This document shows positions 1 to 9,890 of a stretch of 64,000 bases of DNA, piece after piece. The position numbers and the translations under genes were made by a program. This DNA comes from Eutreptiella sp. 'Long Island Sound 2002' (Eukaryota > Protista > Euglenida). Under the pieces are notes generated by a model that did not search any database, was not told the origin of the DNA, and saw only the letters and a list, made by a program, of their open reading frames with translations. Position 1 is the stretch's first letter, and every line of letters starts with the position of its first letter. The DNA lies in assembly GCA_964036045.1 (NCBI GenBank), contig OZ038378.1, forward strand, positions 79,670,001 through 79,734,000. Direction: 5' to 3'.

Positions 1-10
1 CGTGGGCCCG

Positions 11-442
11 CTACATCCAATCGCTTCCACCAATTGTAGACACCATCCATTGGAAGCGGCCGCTCACTTTCCTCCTCCGTGGGGAAGCTGATGTGTGCGC
101 GGGTCCCGTTGCGGCGGTGTACGCGCGCCCCCGGCTGGTCGTGAACTCCAACACATGCCGGAAGCCGCCCTTGGGGACATTCAAGTCCATAAGTAACCCG
201 ATCAATTCGGGTGCGGGGAAGAGGACGGAGGCACATTGCTTCACGGCCTCTGTTTGCTTGTTGCGGATGAGCGGGAGTTGGGCAACCTCGGTGGCCTCGT
301 ACCACCGGGCCTTGGCCAAAGGGGATGAGGTCACCCACTCACCAAGGAGTTGTGAGACCAAAGGGTCCCGCAAATTGTTGGCCGCACTCAAACGCGTGAG
401 CGTCACACTAATCTTGAGAAGGGTGTCCCGAGAGAAAGGCAT
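11..442 (-). pseudogene. N-terminal part of a second, divergent RAG1/Transib-like transposase (element runs off the window start)
   Basis: LRDPLVSQLLGEWVTSSPLAKARW...LIGLLMDLNVPKGGFRHVLE aligns by eye with LKDERVGHYLATWALSCPLARRQF...MCELVLNMRAPKSSWRTLSE of ORF 1115-1699; opposite orientation. Confidence 0.7.
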
Positions 443-715
443 AACAAGAGCTACACAAGGGACAAAGGAGTTTGGGAGTAGGGTGAGTGGGGGACCGGAG
501 AGGGATGTGTGGGGCTACATAACCACCTATAGGACTATTCAACCCTTGTAGCGACTCAAACACTTCAAGTGGGCATGGTGCCGGCACAAGCAAGGCGGTG
601 CAAACGGGCCGAAATTGGGTTAATGTGTTAATATTTGCAAGGTTACTTTTGACACCCTTTCATATATTAAAAATTGAGATTAACCATATTGGTTCTAACG
701 TAGGTCTCTAGCGCA

Positions 716-889
716 TGTGCTTGCATGGCCCAAGGTTATGCTTCTGCGCAGCCGCGCACCGCGCCCTTGCACAACACCATGCTGCGCTCGTGCGCAGCCC
801 CACAATGAACTGTTCCGCAGCGCCAAGCGTCGACCCTACACGCTCACACGTTGCACCCCCACGCAGCCGTTAGCTTCGCCCCCGGCGTT
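716..889. repeat. GC-rich degenerate repeat (GCGCAGCCCC-type units), left flank of the TIR element
   Basis: Recurrent gcgcagcc, gttgcacccc and ccacaatg motifs, same family as 8197-9890. Confidence 0.6.
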
Positions 890-933
890 CCTTGGTACAC
901 GCTAGAGAACCCAATCTCGTTCTAGCCTAGAAC
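890..933 (+). repeat. Left TIR
   Basis: Reverse complement matches 8153-8196 with 2 mismatches. Confidence 0.9.
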
Positions 934-1114
934 GCTCTAGCTAGAACGTTCTAGCCTAGATTAGATCAATACTAGAAAGATATAATGTCTACCAACATAT
1001 CCCAATTTCTTCATTGTTCCGTGCATGCGTGCGTGCATGCTTGCTTGCTATTGTCCGTAGTGCATTGTTCCATGCTTCCTTCTTTCCCGCTTAGATATTG
1101 CACATTTCTTTGCA

Positions 1115-3015
1115 ATGAAACACCCCGCCACTACCCCCCTTGCTCCCTCCTCACCCGGGAACGATACTTCTCTCTTGTCCAAGGCACTACGGGAGTTGAG
1201 TGGGGCCTCAACCCTCAAGGATGAGCGGGTGGGCCATTACTTGGCCACGTGGGCGCTATCATGCCCCCTAGCACGGCGGCAATTCAACAACACCGTCCAA
1301 CATGTGAACTCCGCCACTTCTACCCAAACCACGGGTGAGGCATGCAGGGCCGCCGTTGAGGCATACGCCGCCTCCCTACTTCCCCCCACCGCCATGTGTG
1401 AACTAGTGCTCAACATGAGGGCCCCCAAGTCGTCGTGGAGGACCCTCTCGGAGCTCTACACGCTCCGTAAGTTGGAGTATCACCGCACCGTCCCTAGTGG
1501 CCCCTACTCCTGGCCAATTTGTACCGAGCGGGCTTTCCAAGCCCGTTGGAAGGAGTTGGTCGCCCCGGTGCAATTGGACAAGCCCGTTGCCACGGTGTTG
1601 CCCAAGGCCAACGGGATCCCATGGCCCTTCGCCTCATGGGTCACATACATCCTCTCCCGGCCGGGCTTGGTGCGGTCAATCACCGCACCTTCCCGTTGAC
1701 GTTCATCGTCCGGGGAGATGCCTACCCCGTGGCTGGGGGCAATTGGACCCAACTCACCATCTCCTTGGCCAACTTCGAGCGCTTGGCCCGCTCCCTAGCC
1801 GGCCTTTGGGTGTTGAGCATGGCCAATTGCGATGACAAGGCCATGGAGACCCTTGGGACGTTGTGGAAGAGCAATTGGGAGGTAGTCCTCTCACCTAGTG
1901 CCTTTCACTCGTTCTAGTTTTCATCTACTCGGCCTCAAACACCGCTCGCTAGACGCTAGATTGGACTACACTAGAACGAAATTAACCACCCCTCATGTCT
2001 CGTGTTTAGGTGATTCAAGAGATCATCGACACGGGGCTGGTCCAATGGGGGGCCTCCAAGGAGGAGGCAAAGGTGATCCTCGGGGGGGATCAACCGTGGA
2101 CGCGACGGGTGATCAGGGTGTCCACATGCCCCCAAGTGGGCTCCATGTTCAATGAGGGCATATGGAATGCCCCAACGAAGACTTGGGAGGGTAGTGCTAA
2201 CCCCCGGACCATGGAGGGTGATGAGGCCAGCTACACGGCCTTCCTCCTTGGGACGCCATCCTTCCAAGCCGCCGGCTGCAGTACGCAGCCCATTTTGAAA
2301 GTGCCACGTGCCTGGGTCGTCTTGTGCATTTTGCACTTGACAATGGCCATGGGCCGCTTGTTGGGGGAGTTTCTCAATCGGGAGGCTAGGTTGGTCACCC
2401 CTGCGCTTCGTCGAGACCTGCAAGTTCTCCTGTCGGAGAGGCGTGCAGGTTGGAGCGTTTATGGGTCAGCATCCCCGGATGGGGAGGAGACGGCCAATTT
2501 TTTTGACGCATGGCCCGATATTGCTAAGTGCCTCGGCATTAGGCCCAGCGCGGCCAAGTACAAGGCCATCGCGAACATGTGGGACCTGCTGCAGGCCCTC
2601 TATTGTACATATCATGGCCCTAACCCTTCGAATTGTGCTGCTGTTGCGCGCGATTTCCGGCGACGCTGCACTGCTGGAACAGCATCATGGTATCTACTAA
2701 GCCTTGAGCAGGATGTAGATACCATGTTGCAGAACATTAAGCCTTTTGGCCTGGCTATGTTCTCCGGTGACATTTCGGAAAGCATTAACCGCTTTCTGAA
2801 ACATGGTTACAAGGAGCACAGCAAGCGGGGGGGGGGGGGGCTGTCGGGTGGAGCGGGTGGACGAGGTGTCGGGTCGTCCATTGTCGGCCATCCACAGGGA
2901 GGCCAATGTGCAAGCGCAGTGCATGACATGGTTGTTTGCGTACTTTGACGTGTCGTGGGTTGTGCATGGGGGGCCACGTTCGCAAGTGCCATGCTCGGGC
3001 AGGGATGCCATGGAG
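1115..3015 (+). CDS. RAG1/Transib-like DDE transposase, spliced (intron 1882-2009), with frameshifts near 1685 and probably at the poly-G 2827-2840
   Basis: D1 in FIVRGDAYP (GAT 1717-1719); LSMANCDDKAMETL resembles RAG1 LCLMLADESDHETL; D2 in ILGGDQPWTRRV (2088-2090) resembles RAG1 GYDEKLVREV; CILH (2325-2336) resembles RAG1 DALH; E in GLAMFSGDISESINRFLK (2778-2780) resembles RAG1 SIGAWASEGNESGNKLFR. The GT..AG intron joins WE|VIQE in frame. The 3' end is uncertain. Confidence 0.75.
1882..2009 (+). other. GT-AG intron (128 nt, phase 0) in the transposase, containing CTAG motifs
   Basis: GAG|GTAGTC...GTTTAG|GTG; removal fuses the 1519 frame with ORF 2010 in frame. Confidence 0.8.
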
Positions 3016-3073
3016 GTAAGGAGGGGCCAAGGTCACATGCAGTCTTCCCGTAACCAGAATTTTGCAATCCAAG

Positions 3074-4365
3074 ATGGCTACGCGGGAGCAGTTGGACGAG
3101 CTGGTGAGGCAGGTATATTTCGTGCTGTGCGTTCTAGCGGTGATCTAGGGAATCGTTCTAGTCTTGATCTAGGCAGCACGATCGGCCGCTAGACTGTCGC
3201 GAGAACGCCGCTAGAATAGTTGCCTAGAACGCCGCTAGAACTCTCCTATCCTACAGACCGCAGCGACCCAAGCGCTAATTGCGCAAATCCTGGAGCCGGA
3301 CAGGCGTGCGGCGGAGGAGCCGGAGGCCGAGCAGGCCCCGCACCCCAAAGCCCCCCTCGCCAAGCCCAAGCCCAAGCCCAAGCCCCAACCCCGAGCCCAT
3401 TGTCCACCGTCGCCACCCCCTCCCCCATTGGTAGCCTGGAAGGGGGCGGCGGCGTTGGAGGAACCGGCAGAGGTGGAGGCGGCGCGGGGAGAGCTCAAAG
3501 GGTTCTTGGATTCCCGCGCCGCCTCCAGGGCGCCCAAGACCCGGGCCGAGACGAAAGTCTCGGCCCGGGAGGTAAAATTGCGGAGCCTCCCGGAGGATGG
3601 AGCGGAGGAGGAAAGGGTTGAGTGGGCGGAGGCCAACCTTGGCAAGGCGAAGGCGAAGTTGGCCGAGAAGGCGGCGGCGGTGGAGGGGTTCGAGCGGGCG
3701 CTGAGGCAGTGCGAGAGGCAGTTGGCGGCTGTGGTGGCGAGGGTGAAGGACGAGGAGGTGGACGAGGTGGTGGAGGTGGACGTTCATGGCGAGATGGAGG
3801 AGGAGGAGGCGAGCGTGAAGGATGAGGAGGAGGAGACCAAGGTGGTGGAGGCGGCGCCGGCGGGGGGGGGGGGGGGGGGCAACTGGCTTAGGGGGTTGAT
3901 GGGGTCGAGGGCTGCGGGGGCCCTCCGGGACCTGCCATGGGACCCGGCAATCCGGGCTGGCCCCCACCCCCCTGACCTGGACACCCCCCTCCTCGTCGCC
4001 TTGGAGAGTCCGGTATGGACTCTCCGGTTTTTGTTGGTGCGGGTGCACCACCGGCTGTTGCGGGCGGGGCGGTGGGTATGGGTGGCCGGGGGGGGGGTTG
4101 GTTGTCCACCTGGACAAGCCCCTCCGCCTCGGGGTGGTCGAGGGGTCGTGGGGGTGGCAACGTGAGTTGCCGGGGCAGCCGAACAAGCGGTGGGGGGAGG
4201 TGCCCCCCCCCCCCCCCCGAAAGGGGGGTGAAGATGTTTGAGTTGGCGCAAACCAACATCTTCACCCCCGAGCGGAAAAAGGGGGGGGCCACCCACTGGC
4301 GATTCTTCGCCCACTGCCGGCAGGGGCTGGGCTTGGGGGGGGTTGAGTGGGTGGGGAAGGCCTAG
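3074..4365 (+). CDS. Accessory gene 2: coiled-coil/acidic protein with a C-terminal unique domain; exons 3074-3112 and 3257-4365 (one frameshift at the poly-G near 4088-4097)
   Basis: ATG 3074 MATREQLDELVRQ, intron 3113-3256 (CAG|GTATAT...CTACAG|ACC), then TAATQALIAQILE in frame with ORF 3428; ends HWRFFAHC...VGKA with TAG at 4363-4365. Confidence 0.65.
3113..3256 (+). other. GT-AG intron (144 nt) filled by a CTAG-rich self-complementary cassette (about 3131-3241)
   Basis: Donor GTATAT, acceptor CCTACAG; gttctagcgg...ccgctagaac arms inside. Confidence 0.75.
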
Positions 4366-4944
4366 GTGTGGACGCCGACCTGGTCAGCGCTGCTGGACTT
4401 CGGGGGTTTCAACCCCGAGGCGGCGAACCGGGGGGTGTATGCCGGGGTGGTGCACGGCATCGCCACCCGGCCCATACCCGCTTCCCACCTACCCAAACCC
4501 TCCAACACCGAGAGGGCCAAATTGGGGTTTGTCCCCAACGTCCGGCTCAACTCGGTGACCCCCACGAGGCGCGTGCGCCCTCAACCATCGCGCCACTCCA
4601 CGCGCACCCCGCGGGGGTCGCCTCCACACGTCTGCACCCTGACAACCTGAAGAGACAAACAAAATGCAGGAGCGTTCTAGCGGCGTTCTAGGCAACTGTT
4701 CTAGCGGCGTTCTAGCGACGTTCTAGCGGCGGCGGTACGGCGGTGGCTAGATCAGCGCTAGAACGGTTCGCTAGATCACCGCTAGAACGCAATTGACATA
4801 CCGTGCCTTGGCGGTCCAGGGCGGGGGAGATGGCCCCCAGTGCCTTGGCGAAGGTGTCCGCGGGGTTGGGGTGGTGCGGCTGCGGGGGGCCGCCAGCGGG
4901 GGCTGCGGCGGGCTTAGGCTTTGGCTTACGAGTGCGGGGGGCAT
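4362..4944 (-). CDS. Accessory gene 3 (minus strand): exons about 4802-4944 and 4362-4646, with one in-frame TGA at 4581-4583
   Basis: Minus-strand intron 4647-4801 has a strong GTATGT donor and a TTTTGTTTGTCTCTTCAG acceptor. The spliced product reads ...ALDRQGT|VVRVQTCGGDPRGVRVEWRDG*GRTRLVGVTELSRTL... The probable start MPPRTRKPKPKP at 4944 needs +1 C in a C6 run. Confidence 0.6.
4647..4801 (-). other. GT-AG intron (155 nt, minus strand) filled by a CTAG-rich cassette (about 4674-4790)
   Basis: Splice signals as above; the cassette is close to the reverse complement of 3131-3241. Confidence 0.75.
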
Positions 4945-4991
4945 GGACCCGCAGCGCAAGGGCTGGGCTAGGTTGCAGGACAGGGGGGGGG

Positions 4992-4995
4992 ATGA

Positions 4996-5030
<35 letters not shown>

Positions 5031-5751
5031 GCAGCAGCACCACCACCAGCAAAGGGGGGAAGACACCCCTCCCCAAGGCCCCCAAACCCCCCCCCCCCAA
5101 GGCCCCCAAGAAAAAGCCCCGCCACTACGAGAGTAGCGACGAAGAAGAGGCGCCCCCCCCCAAGCCCAAGCCCAAGGCCAAGCTCAGGCCAAGGGCAAGG
5201 GCAAAGCCACCCCCCCGCCAAACCCCAGCCTCCCCCCTATGCAAGAAAGGGGCCGGGACCCCTATGGGAATGTGTCGGGTGTGGGGGACACCCGGTATGT
5301 CCCTTGGGCGGAGGGGGGCAATGGGGGGACCGTCAGCCAAGTGACGGTGTTGGGGGATTGGGATGAGGAGTTGTACCCGGGGGAGTGGTGGATGGTGTCG
5401 CAGGGGTCCAATGGGGAGGGGGAGGGGGGGAAGAAGGGGAAGAAGGGGAAGAAGAGGAAGCGGGAGAAAGAGGGGGGCACCGTCCGGGTGGCGGGGGACC
5501 TCCTCTTCCTCACCCGGGAGGAGGCGGAGGCCCACCTCTCGGAGGCCTTGGAGCCCGGGGACGACGGGGACGACGGGGATGACGGGGACGACGAGGGGGA
5601 CGAGGGTGGTGACAAGGGGGAGGGGGGTGACAAGGGGGGTGAGGCGGGGGGTGACAAGGGGGGTGAGAAGGAAGGGGACACGGGGGGTGGGGGTGAGAAG
5701 GGGGAGGAGGAGGAGGAGGAGGAGCGCCTGCCGCGGTCCCACGTACGGTGA
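4992..5751 (+). CDS. Accessory gene 4: Lys/Pro-rich and acidic low-complexity protein with a small beta-rich domain (frameshifted)
   Basis: KKKPRHYESSDEEE...; RYVPWAEGGNGGTVSQVTVLGDWDEELYPGEWWMVSQ...TVRVAGDLLFLTREEAEAHL; GDD/GDK repeats; stop at 5749-5751; start uncertain. Confidence 0.5.
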
Positions 5752-6189
5752 GCCTTGGCGTCGTCCCTCGGGGGCCCCACGCAGGCTCTGCCGAGGGAGT
5801 CCTCCGTCTTACCTCCGCTAGAGCAAGACGAATCTCGTCGCACACCTGAGAACGCCCCTCCCAGCAGGCCGTCTGGGTCTAAGCGCCGGTGTACGACAAC
5901 GCTACGGTCCGATCAGCTCTCCGGTCCCGGCCACCAACCGCTCCGACCTGTCCTGGATCCGACCGAGTAAGCGTTTCAAGATCAACGGGCACGGAAGATG
6001 TGGGTCTCCCGGGGCCTCACCCCCGACTTGAAAACGTCGCCGGGCTAAATAGAACGCGGCCCAGCACGACTATGCGCACCGCCGGCGGGCTGAGTACCGC
6101 CGGCGTCGCGAGTACGGTCACGCCACACGATCACGCGCACCGCCGGTGGCCTGGGTACCCCCGGGTTCTGTGAGTGCGGGACGTGCGTC

Positions 6190-7210
6190 ACAGCCATAGC
6201 ACCACGGTGGTGCACCGCCGTGGAGGTCCCTGACGACGCCCGGCCGCAAAGGCCGAGCCCAAACGACGAGCCCCACGATACGTGCACTGAGACGGCACGT
6301 GACCGAGAAAATGGCACCACGATGGTGCCCGAGCGAGACGGCGACGTTCGCCGATGGCACGTGAGGCGGTGAGTACCGCCGATGACACGTCACCTCTGCA
6401 CGGGGTGTCACGGGGGTTGGCGGAGCGTCAGGTGCAGACCCCGCCATGGTGCCTCGTGTATCGGCCTGGAGGATACACCATGGCCAGGCTGGCGCACGAA
6501 GACCGTCTGGGCAGCACCACGGTGGCGCTCTGCCCTGAAGATTGTGCCACGACGGCGCATGTGGACGTCGATTGCACCACGGTGGTGCCATGTCACTGAA
6601 CTGGCGCCACGTCGGCACAGGGCTGTCTGGGCAGTGCCGCGGTGGCGCTCTGCCCTGAGAATTGCGCCACGACGGCGAACGTGGTCGTTGGCGGCACCAC
6701 GATGGCGCTCCGCCACTGAACCAGCGCCACGGAGGCATAGGGCGGCACCACGATGGTGCCCCGCCATTGAGCCCGCGCCATGTCGGCGCAGAGCTGTCGG
6801 GGCGCGGGCCACGGTGGCGCACTGCCCTGAAGGTTGCGCAGCAACGGCATACCTGTACGTTGGCTGCACCACGGCAGCGCTCTGCCACTGAGTAGGCGCC
6901 ATGGTGGCGCTATGCCATGAGGGCGGCGCCACGACGGCGCATTTGTGCGCAGGCTGTACCACGGTGGCGCTCTGCTGCTGAGTTGGCGCCATTCCCGTCA
7001 ACATGGCCCTAGAGGAGGCACAGCAATGGCATACCTGTGCGTCAGCCGCGCCACGATGGCGCACGTGCACGCTGGCGGCACCACGATGGCGCTTCGCCAC
7101 TGGACTGGCGTCACGGCTGGGCAGTGCCACGACGGCGCTCTGCCCCGAAGATCGTGCCACGGCGGCGCACGTATTCGTCGACGGCACCACGGTGGTACCC
7201 TGCCAGTGAG
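6190..7210. repeat. Degenerate tandem array of about 30/60-bp units with a palindromic GC(A/G)CCACGGTGG(T/C)GC core
   Basis: Repeated gcaccacggtggcgctctgccctga and gcgccacgacggcgc blocks; the long ORFs on both strands here are repeat artefacts. Confidence 0.8.
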
Positions 7211-7297
7211 CCGGCGCGTGAAGGGGGAGCGTGGGTGGGCCTGGGCGGCTGGGGGGCCCTCGGAGGGTGGCAGGGGTGGGCCCTGGGCTGACGCGGG

Positions 7298-7343
7298 TGA
7301 GTGAGCGAGTGAGTGAGTGAGTGAGTGAGTGAGTGAGTGAGTA
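7298..7343. repeat. (GAGT)n microsatellite
   Basis: gtgagtgagcgagtgagt... run. Confidence 0.9.
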
Positions 7344-7902
7344 AATACGTGGCCGTTGCCTGGCTGTGCTTGTGGGCAATCCGTCCCACAGCTACCATCC
7401 TGGGGGTTTTTATCCTGGTGCCAGGCCACCAGATATCGAGCAGGTGCACTGTGTGTGGCAGTGGTGCGTCTGCCCCTCACAGGCTGCACCTCTGGCCCAG
7501 GGAGGAGTCCTAGACGGGTGGCGGGCGGGGTGGGCCCGGCCTGACGAGGGAAGGGGGGTGCCGGGAGCAAGGATGAGCCCCGGCAACCCCCCACCACGCA
7601 GGAGGGGTAACCTGCGTGTCGCGACTCGCGAATGTTGGCCTGGGGGGGGCAGGGGGGCTAATCGGGCTAACCGGGCCAATCGGGCTAACCCACCACAACG
7701 TGACCCGGCGCCGGCCCGCCAAGTGACCTTCCAAGTGACCTATGGGGTGCGGTGGGGGGCTAACCGGGCTAACCGGGGGGTGGGGGGGGGGAACCCGGCG
7801 CTCCGTGAGTCGGGTCCAGCATCGGGACCCTGTGATTGGCCACGGCTGGCCATGGCAGCCGGGGCAGCTTCTCTTTGAGGAGTCACGGAGCATTCATATT
7901 TA

Positions 7903-7993
7903 TCGTTCTAGCGGCGTTCTAGCGAACCGTTCTAGCGGCGTTCTAGCAGCCTTCCAGAACGCTTGCTAGAACGTCGCTAGAACGCCGCTAGAA
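7903..7993. repeat. Subterminal CTAG-rich palindromic cassette
   Basis: gttctagcggcgttctag...ctagaacgccgctagaac. Confidence 0.85.
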
Positions 7994-8152
7994 CAAAAAT
8001 TTTTGGACGCCAAAATCAGGTGAAAACAGTGAAGTTGTGAAAAAAAAAGTACGGGCCCCCGAGCATGGATAGGGGGGTCCAGGTTGGACACCCCCCCCCC
8101 CCCCTGCGGGGGGGGTATCCCCCTCTTTTTTTCGTTCTAGCCTCTCTAGCCT

Positions 8153-8196
8153 GTTCTAGGCTAGAACGAGATTGGGTATTCTAGCGTGTACCAAGG
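8153..8196 (-). repeat. Right TIR
   Basis: GTTCTAGGCTAGAACGAGATTGGGTATTCTAGCGTGTACCAAGG. Confidence 0.9.
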
Positions 8197-9890
8197 GGTA
8201 GGCCAACGGTGCGCCGCAGTTCCGCCCCACTGTGCGCCACAATGCACCTTTCTGCTGCTCCCTTCCGAGGCCCCTTGCTACGCCTCCGTGCGGCCACACA
8301 TTGCGCCCCTCTGCAGCCCCGCACTGCGCCCCCGCGTAGCTCCATGGCGCGCTTATGTCACTGCACAGACCCGCAATGTGCTTTGGCGCCCCCACACACG
8401 TTGGGCCCATGCGCAGCCCCGCCGTACACCGCGGCGCAGCCCCGGTTGCGCGCACCAGGTGGCAGCGCAGGTGCGCGGTGCGGGGCTACAAAGGTTAGCA
8501 GTGCTTGGGTGCGCAGCGGCAAGGCATGGGACTGTACGGGGACGGGGCTCGGGATTGCGCAGCGGCGTAGCGAGGGGCTGTGCAAGAGCACACTTTGGGG
8601 CGGCGTACGAGCGTAGCTGGTGGCTGCTCAGGAACGAGGGCTCGGCGCGGGGCTTCGCACACCCGCAGCGCGTCGCTAGGCAAGAGGGCACTGTGGGGCC
8701 GTGCACGGACACTGGCACATCCCAGGGCTGCGGAGGTGTGCATCATGGAGCTATGTAACATCGTCGTGTGTGCCTGAGCTGGGATAGGGGCACATTGCCT
8801 GGCTCTGCGGGGGAACTAGGTGGGGTCGCCTAGGAACAAGGGCGCGGCTTCGGGCTGTGCAGCGGAACCGCGTTGGACTGTGTAGCGGTGCCTCGCGGGG
8901 TACCGCACTACGGCAGCGTGTGGCTACCCAGGGAGAGGGGCGGAGCACCTGGCTCCGTAGGGGTGCGGTGTGGGGCGGCGCAGGGGGTAGCGTGGGAATG
9001 CGCAAAGGCACACTGCGAGGTTGTGCATGGGGGCACCGTGGGGCTGCGCAGGAGCGCAGCGGCTGTGTAGGGGCCACGTGGGGCTACAAAGGGGCTGTGT
9101 AGGGGTGCAACGCATGTTTGTACGGGGGCGCTACGCGGGCCGGCGCAATGATAGGATTGTAGCGTGGTGCTCGCAAGGCCGCCACGTGGTGCTGTGCAGG
9201 GACTCACTTCGGGGCTGCGCAGGGGCGCAGCGTATTGCTGTGCAGGATTGCAGCTTGGGTTTGCATAGAGATAGGGGCACATCGTTGGATTGCACAATGC
9301 GGCCGCGTGGTACTACGCAAGAACACCTCATTTGCTTGCGCAAGGCCGCCGTCTGGGGTTGTGCAGGGGTGTAGTGTGGGGCGCCGCATGGGAACATAGC
9401 ATGAGCCTGCGCATGGGCGCAGCATGGGGCTGTGCAAGGGAGCAGTGTGCGGCTGCGCAAGGATAGGAACGCTGCGTGGGGCTATGCAGGGGCGTCGCGT
9501 GTGGCTGCGCACGAACACAATGTGTGGTTGCGTTTGTGCACAGTCTGCCACTCAGTTGGGGTGCAGTGTGTAGCCGGGCAGGGGCGCCTCATGCGACTTC
9601 GCAAGGGCGCAGCAGGAAGCTGTGCACAAACGGAAAGTGTGGCTGCGCAGGGGCATAGTATGGGCTCGCGTAGTAACACACCGTGTGTTTGAGCAGGGTC
9701 ACCGCCGGGATTGCGCCACAACGTAGTAGGGGGCTGCGCAGGTGCGCAGCACATAGTTGCGCCGGGTCGTCTCCGGGGAATGTGCAGGGGCGCAGCAGGG
9801 GCCTCCAATGGGGCGCAACATTGGGCCGCACATCGGCAAATGGTGAGACTGCGCAAAGGGGGTTCAGGGGTGCAGGAACACCTCATCGCA
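8197..9890. repeat. GC-rich degenerate repeat (GCGCAGCCCC / GGGGCTGCGC), with orientation switching near 8470
   Basis: C-rich units up to about 8470, G-rich reverse-complement units afterwards. Confidence 0.7.

Larger units (their letters stand above)
890..8196 (+). mobile_element. 7.3-kb TIR DNA transposon carrying a RAG1/Transib-like transposase and accessory genes
   Basis: 44-bp inverted repeats at 890-933 (CCTTGGTACACGCTAGAGAACCCAATCTCGTTCTAGCCTAGAAC) and 8153-8196, 42/44 identical; DDE transposase inside; no target-site duplication found. Confidence 0.8.

Noticed and set aside
3960-4650. Ulp1/SUMO protease in gene 2 (IFTP...HW motif)
   Set aside because: The ORF stops at 4365 before any catalytic Asp or Cys, and the downstream sequence codes on the minus strand.
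6190-7210. CRISPR-like array
   Set aside because: The units are degenerate and the supposed spacers are homologous to each other; there are no cas genes and the context is eukaryotic.
6118-7597. Long ORFs (256-323 aa) on both strands
   Set aside because: They are translations of the palindromic repeat and the (GAGT)n tract, with no domain-like sequence.
898-8188. RSS-like CAC start of the TIR with a 5-bp TSD
   Set aside because: CACGCTA is not a CACAGTG/CACWRTG heptamer, the inverted match extends 8 bp beyond CAC, and the flanks are inverted rather than directly repeated.
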